NCBI GenBank assembly: GCA_965224705.1
Contig: OZ245056.1
Span: forward strand, 64,001-128,000
Length of the DNA: 64,000 nt
Reading direction: 5' to 3'
Source: Spirochaetaceae bacterium
GTDB lineage: Bacteria > Spirochaetota > Spirochaetia > DSM-2461
Shown here: positions 1-7,900 of the stretch, piece by piece
How the letters are laid out: every line of letters starts with the position of its first letter
Numbering within the stretch: position 1 is the first letter of the stretch
Translations under genes and position numbers: made by a program
Notes under the pieces: generated by a model
Database searches by the model: none
What the model saw: only the letters and a program-made list of their open reading frames with translations
Told to the model about the DNA's origin: nothing

Positions 1-2
1 GA

Positions 3-680
3 GATAAGGCATTGAAACCGTATAACTACGACAGGAGAAGACTCTGGAGGAAGGCGAAATTAAAGGTCATCCTACAGAAGAAGGCCGGTCTACCTGTGGA
101 CAAAACCATACCACTGTACGGAATGGTATCCAGATTGACAGGTCAGAAGGGTATTGACCTCATGATAGAACCCGCATCTCATGCCATGGAGGTATTCCGC
201 ACAGGTCGGGCTCAACTGGTTATTCTCGGTACTGGTGAGAAAAAATATGAAGAAGCACTGCAGGCGTTTGGGAAAAAATTTCCCCACTCCTGCAGTATCA
301 ATCTGGAATTCAGCAACTCCTTTTCCAGACTGATTGAAGCAGGCTCCGATATGTTTCTTATGCCCAGTCAATATGAACCCTGCGGATTGAATCAGATGTA
401 TTCACTCCGATATGGAACCCTTCCCATCGTTCGACAGACCGGAGGACTGGCTGATACAGTGATTGATTTAGATGAAGATCCTGTTACCGGGAACGGGTTT
501 GTGTTCGGCAAACTGGACAGCAGGGAGTTCGCCGATGCGATAATGAGGTCGATCACTGTATTCAATGACAGGAAGAAGCTGAAAACTGCACGCAGACGGG
601 CAATGAAGCTTCGTTTCGACTGGGATCTGTCCTCCATCGGTTATGAAGCGATGTACAGGGAGGCACTGGATGAACTGTAA
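3..680 (+). CDS. glgA: Glycogen synthase, C-terminal part (5' end outside window)
   Basis: GT5 motifs VSRLTGQKG, MPSQYEPCGLNQMYSLRYGTLPIVRQTGGLADTV; frame is open from the window edge. Confidence 0.93.
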   Translation, partial: DKALKPYNYDRRRLWRKAKLKVILQKKAGLPVDKTIPLYGMVSRLTGQKGIDLMIEPASHAMEVFRTGRAQLVILGTGEKKYEEALQAFGKKFPHSCSINLEFSNSFSRLIEAGSDMFLMPSQYEPCGLNQMYSLRYGTLPIVRQTGGLADTVIDLDEDPVTGNGFVFGKLDSREFADAIMRSITVFNDRKKLKTARRRAMKLRFDWDLSSIGYEAMYREALDEL

Positions 681-707
681 TCCGTTGACCCTGAAACCAC
701 CATACAC

Positions 708-1298
708 TTAGTAATCAGTCCTCTTTCGCCAGCATTCTGTTAGATGGTCATCAACCAATCCCGTCGCCTGAAGATGGGCATACACCACAACGGGACCAAA
801 GAATTTGAATCCCATTGATTTCATTTCCCTGGCTATCCGTTCGGAATGAGGGGTACACACAGGAATATCATCCAATTGTTTCCAGTGGTTCACAATTGGG
901 CCATTGTCGAAAAATCCAAGAAGCCAGTTACCAAACGATCCATGCTTCTCCCGAATATTCAGAAATATCCGGGCGTTGGAAATGGATGCCTCTATTTTCC
1001 GCCGATTACGGATTATTCCATCATTTTCCAGCAGGCGGAGTACATCGTTTTCGTCAAACCGAGCCACCAGCTCCGGGTCAAATTCCGCATATGCCCTCCG
1101 GTATTCTTCCCGTTTCCGTAAAATCAACAGCCAGGACAGGCCTGCCTGAGCCGACTCCAGAATCAGAAACTCGAACTGGGTTTTGTCGTCCAGAGTCAGC
1201 TTCCCCCACTCAACATCGTGGTATTGCCTGTACTGATCGTCTCCGGCACACCATCCGCAGCGTTTTTTGCCGTCAACACCTGTTTCCAGATTCTGCAT
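708..1298 (-). CDS. tag: DNA-3-methyladenine glycosylase I
   Basis: RCGW…YHDVEWG, FEFLILESAQAGLSW, GIIRNRRKI, DH..C zinc ligands; ATG at 1298 preceded by AGGAGG. Confidence 0.93.
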   Translation of the reverse strand: MQNLETGVDGKKRCGWCAGDDQYRQYHDVEWGKLTLDDKTQFEFLILESAQAGLSWLLILRKREEYRRAYAEFDPELVARFDENDVLRLLENDGIIRNRRKIEASISNARIFLNIREKHGSFGNWLLGFFDNGPIVNHWKQLDDIPVCTPHSERIAREMKSMGFKFFGPVVVYAHLQATGLVDDHLTECWRKRTDY

Positions 1299-1428
1299 TG
1301 AGTTCAGATCCTCCTCCTGATTATAAATATAATACACGATCCAACAAATTGAAGCAAACAAACTGTTTTCCCCGGACACCACTCAATGCTTTTTGAAATG
1401 CCTTTTCGGCAGGTTGTTTGAGTAAGTG

Positions 1429-2575
1429 CTACCTGCTGTAATCTGAGATAATCCTGGTAAACATAGAATCCAGATTTCTGTCCACCCTCTGCTGCGCTGG
1501 ATTGTTTTTGTACCAGGCTGCGATTTCCCGCGCCCCGTCCCGGAAAGGTATTTTCGGAGCGAAGTCCGGCACAATTGATTTTATTTTTGTGTTGTCAAAA
1601 ATCATGCTATGGGTTTTATCTCCCAGAAGGCTGTCTCCCATTGCTCTGTCATATCCGGCAATTACTTTAGAGGGCACATGGACTATCCTGGGCTCAACCT
1701 CCAGGAGTCTGTCGGACTTTAAGACTTCGAGGCGATTTTTGATGATTTTTTTTCTGATACAAGGCGCCAAAAGCGGAGCGTAGCTGGGCTACGTGAGCAT
1801 TTTGGCAACGCGGTAGCGGGAAAAAAGGGCAAAAATCGAGCCGTGAGGCGTAAGTCCGACAGGCTCCTAGTTCCGCCGCCAGGATCCGGGCGATCTGGTC
1901 CCAGCTCAGCAATTCGTCAGAGGTTATGTGATAAGCCTGATTTATTGCCTCTGTTTTTCCCAGAATACCCACCAGTCCTCTGGCAAAGTCTTTATGATGA
2001 GTCAATGTCCACAATGAAGTCCCATCACCATGAATGACAATCGGTTTTCCTTTCAGCATTCTGTCAAAAACAGTATAACCCCCTTCCAGAGGTATCAGGG
2101 TTTTGTCATAGGTGTGGGACGGCCGGATTATGGTGAAGGGAAATCCGGTTTCCTTCCAGGATTTTCGCAGAAGGAGTTCGCAGGCGATTTTATTCTGGGA
2201 ATACTCCCAGATAGGGTTTTCCAGAATTGTCTCTTCAGTCACCGGCAGTTTTTCTGGCGGGGTCTGGTACGCCGATGCCGAACTGATGAAAACATATTGT
2301 TTTGTCCGGTTTTTGAATAGTTCAATATCCCTCAGGATATCATCCGGGTGGAAGGCTATCCACTGCACCACTGCGTCAAAGCGATGATCTCCCAGGACTT
2401 TTTTTGCCTGACTAACATTATGGATATCGGCAGTCATCGCCGTAACGCCGTTTACCCGCCGCAGAGATGAACTCTGTCCCCGATTCAGGTGATAGAGATC
2501 AACTCCCCTGGCCACGGCTAATTCCGAACTTGCCGAGCTGATGATTCCTGTTCCGCCTATAAATAATACCTTCAT
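1429..2575 (-). pseudogene. NAD-dependent epimerase/dehydratase (extended SDR) interrupted by MITE-A; frameshifted by 1 nt in an A8 tract
   Basis: MKVLFIGGTGIIS Rossmann motif and YSQNK catalytic motif in ORF 1694..2575; the C-terminus VEPRIVHVPS… continues in ORF 1429..1770 after the insert. Confidence 0.85.
1704..1867 (-). mobile_element. MITE family A copy (164 bp) inside the epimerase gene
   Basis: TIRs GGAGTCTGTCGGACTT…AAGTCCGACAGGCTCC, internal hairpin CGTAGC-TGG-GCTACG; flanks CA/TA. Confidence 0.92.
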
Positions 2576-2652
2576 GGCAGCGACTATACCCTGAAATACT
2601 CTTTCTGGATAGGGTTATCCTGTTGAAAGATCTGGAATTACATACTTCCAAA

Positions 2653-2698
2653 AGCCTGTCGGACTCACGGCTTGAAGCCCCAAAATCCGGCAGGCTCT
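2653..2698 (+). mobile_element. Internally deleted MITE-A remnant (TIRs only)
   Basis: AGCCTGTCGGACT…AAATCCGGCAGGCTCT; overlaps the citrate synthase stop codon. Confidence 0.7.
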
Positions 2699-4067
2699 AT
2701 GAATCCTGTACCCGTTCCGTTAGAGGGATGTATGGTCGGCTTCGGGTGATGCTCCGGTAAGCCGGCCGGATAATTCGGCCACCGGATACCAGCTCTTCAA
2801 CCCGATGCGCGCACCAGCCCGCGATGCGGGAGATGGCAAAGATGGGGGTGAAGAGTTCCCGGGGAAGATTCAGCAGGCAATAAACAAACCCTGAGTAGAA
2901 GTCGACATTGGCGCATAAGTCCTTGGCCTTTCCCGTTACTTCGGAGAACAGCCGGGGTGTGACTTTTTCAACGATTTGGTAAAGGTTGAATTCCTCCCCC
3001 CAATCGGCCGTTCCCGCCAATTCAGAAGCCTTCATCTTCAGAAGCTCTGCCCTTGGATCCGACAGGGTGTACACCGCGTGACCAATCCCGTATACCAGAC
3101 CTTTGCGGTCAAAGGCTTCCTTTTTGAGAATTTTCGTGATGTAGGCCGCAATCTCGTCTTCATCGGCCCAATCCCTGACATGCTCTCCGATGTCCCTCAT
3201 CATCGTGCGAACCATTATGGCTGCGCCGCCGTGAAGCGGGCCTTTCAGTGAACCAACGGCCGCCGTGATGGCGGAATAGGTATCGGTACCGGTGGATGTT
3301 ACGACATGGGTACTGAATGCCGAATTGTTGCCGCCGCCGTGTTCGGCGTGAAGGACAAAGCAGAGGTCGAGGATTTCCGCCTCCTGGGCCGTGTAGGATT
3401 GATCCTTTCTAATCATCTGCAAAAAGTTTTCCGCCGTACTCTTCGCCGGATCGGGCGAATGGAGGTACAGGCTTTCGCCATTGAAGTAGTGATTTTTCGC
3501 TTGGTAGGCGTAGGCGACGATGGAAGGAAAACGGCTGATCAACTGAACGCTCTGCCTCAGCACATTCGGGATATCGATTGTTTCGGCATCGTGGTCGAAT
3601 GAATAAAGCGATAATACGGATTGGGCGAGTTTGTTCATGATGTTGCCGCTGGGCGCCTTGAGTATCATGTCCTCTGTAAAATTGTCGGGGAGCCGCCGCA
3701 GTTCGCCAATGCGGCCGCAGAAGTTATTGAGTTCCTGTTCTTCCGGTAAATAGCCGAAAAGGAGAAGAAACGCCGTTTCCTCGAAACCGCTTCGGCCTTC
3801 GGCCTGGAATCCGGCAACAATATCTTTCAAATCTATTCCGCGGTAGCGCAGCACCCCCGGTACGGGAGTCTTTGCCCCTTCATCCATGATATACCCATGA
3901 ACCTGCCCCACCTCGGTAAGACCAACGAGAACCCCGGTCCCGTCTGAGTTTCGCAAGCCTCGTTTGACCGAATACTTCTCATAGAGTTCGGCGGGTATGC
4001 GGTTTTGGCGGTCGGCGATTTTCGCATATTTCTTCAAAAAAGGATGCATTTCTCTCTCGTTCATCAA
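2697..4067 (-). CDS. gltA: Citrate/2-methylcitrate synthase
   Basis: HAEHGGGNNS, GPLHGGA, GIGHAVY, NVDFYSG motifs. Confidence 0.92.
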   Translation of the reverse strand: MMNEREMHPFLKKYAKIADRQNRIPAELYEKYSVKRGLRNSDGTGVLVGLTEVGQVHGYIMDEGAKTPVPGVLRYRGIDLKDIVAGFQAEGRSGFEETAFLLLFGYLPEEQELNNFCGRIGELRRLPDNFTEDMILKAPSGNIMNKLAQSVLSLYSFDHDAETIDIPNVLRQSVQLISRFPSIVAYAYQAKNHYFNGESLYLHSPDPAKSTAENFLQMIRKDQSYTAQEAEILDLCFVLHAEHGGGNNSAFSTHVVTSTGTDTYSAITAAVGSLKGPLHGGAAIMVRTMMRDIGEHVRDWADEDEIAAYITKILKKEAFDRKGLVYGIGHAVYTLSDPRAELLKMKASELAGTADWGEEFNLYQIVEKVTPRLFSEVTGKAKDLCANVDFYSGFVYCLLNLPRELFTPIFAISRIAGWCAHRVEELVSGGRIIRPAYRSITRSRPYIPLTERVQDS

Positions 4068-4735
4068 TCTTTCCTCTCAAATATGATGTCGCGGATAACT
4101 CGTTCCGCGCTTTTCCCTTTTTCCTCAAATTTCGTATGGGGCCTGTAATCCGGTTTCGGCGCCCAGGAACTATGGCGGTTTCTCAAGCCCCGCTGCCCTC
4201 CCAGGGTAGTCAGGATATGCTCGGCATAGGGTTCCCAATCCGTCGCGGCATGAATAATTCCCCCATCCCTCAGAGATTGTGTGAGAAGGCTCACGAATTC
4301 CGGGTTTATCAGCCGGCGCTTATGGTGCTTCTTCTTCGGCCATGGATCGGGAAACCATATATGTACGGCGTCGACACTGGAAGGAGGAATCTGATGGCGA
4401 AAAACTTCGACAGCATCTTTGCAGGCGATGCGGACATTCGTTAGGCTCTCTTCCTTTATCCACCACAGTAGTTTCCCGACTCCAGGGGTATGAACCTCGA
4501 TGCCGAGTATCCCCCAGTCGGGATGAGCGGCGGCAACCTGCCTGGTGGCATCTCCCATGCCAAAACCTATTTCGACTATGTTCCGGTTTGCACCGGGAAA
4601 CATCTCGCGCCAATTCACGACGTCATCACGAATATCCCAGATCGGCAGCAACTCCTCATAGGTCCGTTTCCGCGCTGGAGACATCCGTGAGGCTCTAATT
4701 ACATAACTTTTTATATGATGTGATATGACCGTCAT
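4064..4735 (-). CDS. trmB: tRNA (guanine-N7)-methyltransferase
   Basis: VEIGFGMG, GIEVH, FPDPWPKKKHHKRRL, ATDWEPYA, TKFE motifs; the upstream extension of the computed ORF is MITE read-through. Confidence 0.93.
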   Translation of the reverse strand: MTVISHHIKSYVIRASRMSPARKRTYEELLPIWDIRDDVVNWREMFPGANRNIVEIGFGMGDATRQVAAAHPDWGILGIEVHTPGVGKLLWWIKEESLTNVRIACKDAVEVFRHQIPPSSVDAVHIWFPDPWPKKKHHKRRLINPEFVSLLTQSLRDGGIIHAATDWEPYAEHILTTLGGQRGLRNRHSSWAPKPDYRPHTKFEEKGKSAERVIRDIIFERKD

Positions 4736-4784
4736 TCTGCGCTGAGATGTAATGAACCGCTCGCCGTCCCTTTCTTTGCGGCCA

Positions 4785-4947
4785 GGAGTCTGTCGGACTT
4801 TAAGGCTTCGAGGCGATTTTTGATGATTTTTTCCTGATGCAAGGCGACAAAAACGGAGCGTAGCTGGGCTACGTGAGTATTTTGGCAACGCCGTAGCGGG
4901 AAAAAAGGGCAAAAATCGAGCCGTGAGGCGTAAGTCCGACAGACTCC
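4785..4947 (-). mobile_element. MITE family A copy (163 bp)
   Basis: Full TIRs; flanks CA/TA; its terminal base completes the TAG stop of the 1912-aa gene. Confidence 0.92.
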
Positions 4948-7900
4948 TAGAACCATGTTGGTGGGCTGCCTGCCATTCCACTTCCCGTAAACATATTGCT
5001 CCGATCCAGGTTTGGATTTATGCTGCTGGGAGAAACAGCCCAATTCTCAAGGTTTTGATCAAACGCGGCGGCAAGACCAAACATAGAACCCATGTTGGTC
5101 ACTTTCCCCACATTCCAGCCCCCTATGTTCTGGTTGAACTGAGAGGCGTTGAAGAACATACCCTGCATGTTTTCGACATTCCCGACATCCCAGCCGCCTA
5201 TGTCCTGATTGAACTGGGAGGCGTCGAAGAACATAGTGGCCATGTTGGTCACATTACTAACATCCCAACTTGAAATATCACCATTGAATTCCGCTCCCCA
5301 GCTATTGTGGATCGGGTTAAAAAGATCCGACATATCGGTTATCGAACTGGTATCTATCGTCTGGAAGTCGCCGTTTGAACCCTGCCTATTGATTTCCGCC
5401 TCCAGCAGCGTAACAAGCTCATTCTTGCCGGTCGGCCTGGCATAAACCAGCAGGGTGGTTGGCGGTGTCGAGACAATCTCACCTCCGATGTGAGCGGTAA
5501 TGGTGTAGTCCTTGATGGCCAGTGCGGTAGGAGTACCTTCAAGCTCTCCCGTGGAAAAATTGAAGGTTATTCCGGCCGGCAAAGTGCTGGGGCTTATCTC
5601 GTAGTTCTGAAGGCCATCAGGAACAGTGCCCCTTTCCCATGTCGGCATTACGGAGAACTCGGCATCCTTCAATGTCCTCACGGCATCCGCTGTGCCGTAG
5701 GAAAACGTGTCGGCCAGAGGAGTCGCCGACACCGCATTCGCCGCGTTACTCTCACCGGCATTGTTCGATGCCGTGATGATGAAGTAATACAGGGTTCTAT
5801 TCTTCAGTCCCGGCACAACCATTGAGGTATCCCCCGGACCGGCCATCACTTTGGCCGCCGCTGCCGTTGAGACGTTTGCATCTGTCGAATAATAGACCGT
5901 GTAACCAGTCAGTGTTGGCGGAGTACCTTTGTTGACAGGCGCAGCCCAATTGAGCGTGACTTCACCATGGCCCGCCGCAGCCGAAACACTGGCGGGAGAA
6001 TCAGGCTTTATACCCGGAATCATCGGCAGCGGATTTGTTTCAACGCCTTTGCCCGCGGCGTTTGAAGCTGTCATGATGAAGTAATAAGTGGTTCCCGCTG
6101 TAAGGCCGGTAACCGTTATGGAGGTATCCCCTGAACCGGCCGTTTCGGTGCCTTCCGGGTTAGAGATTGAGAAGCTCGCGGTTTTCGAGTAATAGATGGA
6201 GTAATCCGTCAGCGGGGTTAGCGCGCCGCCGTAATAGCCAGTATAAGTCGGTGCAGCCCAATTAAGCGTAACCGTTGTATCTGTCACCGTTCCTGAAACG
6301 CTGGCGGGCACTCCAGGTCTGCTGTTAAGAGTGACCGACTGCTCGGATGACGCTGTACTCACACCGACCGTATTCGCCGCTGTCGCGATGAAGTAATACG
6401 GTGTTCCAGGGGCATCGATGGTTATGTTCTCGGAACCAATTGGATTACTTGTAACGATTGAAGTGGTGCCATCGTATTGACTGCTGACCAGGCCAACATT
6501 CGCTGAGTCAGCATAATAGATATCGATCCGGGTTAATGTTGCCTCCGTGCCCCCGTCATAGCCTGTATCAGACACCTCCCAGTCCAGCTTAACTCCAGTT
6601 TGGGTGGTTGACACGCGGATGGTGGGCGCTCCAGGCGCGGCATCCGTAAACGTCGATACCGGGGACGTGAGGGATCCCTCTCCAGCACCGTTCGATGCCG
6701 TCATTCTAAAGTAATACTGTGTGCCGCCGTTGAGATTGTTCACCATCTTCGAGGTTTCATCGGAACCCGCCGTTACGCTCGGACTCGACGCTGAAACGTT
6801 CGCGCTGGCTGAGTAATAGATCCTATAATCACTGAGTGATGCCGAAACACCGCTGTCATACCCCGTGAAAGCAGGCGCTGACCAACTTAGCGTGACCTGC
6901 CCGTTTCCGCCCCTTGCGGAAACTCCCGTGGGCACTCCAGGCGCGGCGTCCGTAAACGTCGATACCTTAGACGTGAGAGGACTATTTCCGCCGCCGTTAG
7001 AGGCCCTCATCATGAAGTAATACTGTGTGCCGCCATTGAGACCACTCACCACTTTCGACGTTTTGCCGGAATCTGCCGTTACACTTGAACTTGATGTCGA
7101 GACGTTCGCGCTGGTTGAGTAATAGATAGTGTAATCATCAAGCGATGCCGCTGTGCCTCTGTAGTATCCCTCAAAAGCAGGTGCATCCCAACTGAGCGTG
7201 ACCTGCCCGTTTCCGCCTATCGCGGAAACGTTCGTGGGTGCTCCAGGCACGGCATCCGTAAACGTCGATACCGGGGCCGTAAGAGGACCATCTCCGGTGC
7301 CGTTTGAGGCCCTTATCAGGAAGTAGTATTGTGTGCCGCCAAAGAGATTGTTCACCACCTTCGAGGTCTCATCAGAAGCAGCCGGTATGCTTGGATCCGA
7401 CGTTGAAACATTCGCGCTGGCTGAATAATAGATCCTGTACTCACCGAGCGATGCCTCCACGCCGCTGTGATAGCCCCTGGAATCAGGCGCTGTCCAACTC
7501 AACGAGGCCTTTCCGCTTCCGCCCATCGCGGAAACGCCCGTGGGTTCCCCAGGTACGGCATCCGTAAACGTTGGCGCCGCGGGCGTGAGAAGACCATCTC
7601 CGGCACCGTTCGAGGCCCTTATCAGGAAGTAATATTGCGTACCGTCATTGAGACTGTCCACCACCCGTGAGGTTCTATCCGGACCCGCCGTTACACTCGA
7701 ACTCGACGTTGAAACGTTCGAGTTGGTTGAGTAATAGATTGTGTAATCGCCGAGCGATGCGGGCACGCCGTTGTAATAGCCCCTGGAAGCGGGCGCTGTC
7801 CAACTCAGCGTGACTTGCCCATCCCCGCCCATCGTGGAAACGCCAGTGGGTACTCCAGGCACGGCATCCGTAAACGCCGATACCTCCGACGTGGGCGGGC

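Noticed and set aside
4736..4981. N-terminal extension of TrmB (and similar extensions at 53459-53578 and 36220-36387)
   Set aside because: Read-through of open repeat frames; family motifs and better starts lie downstream
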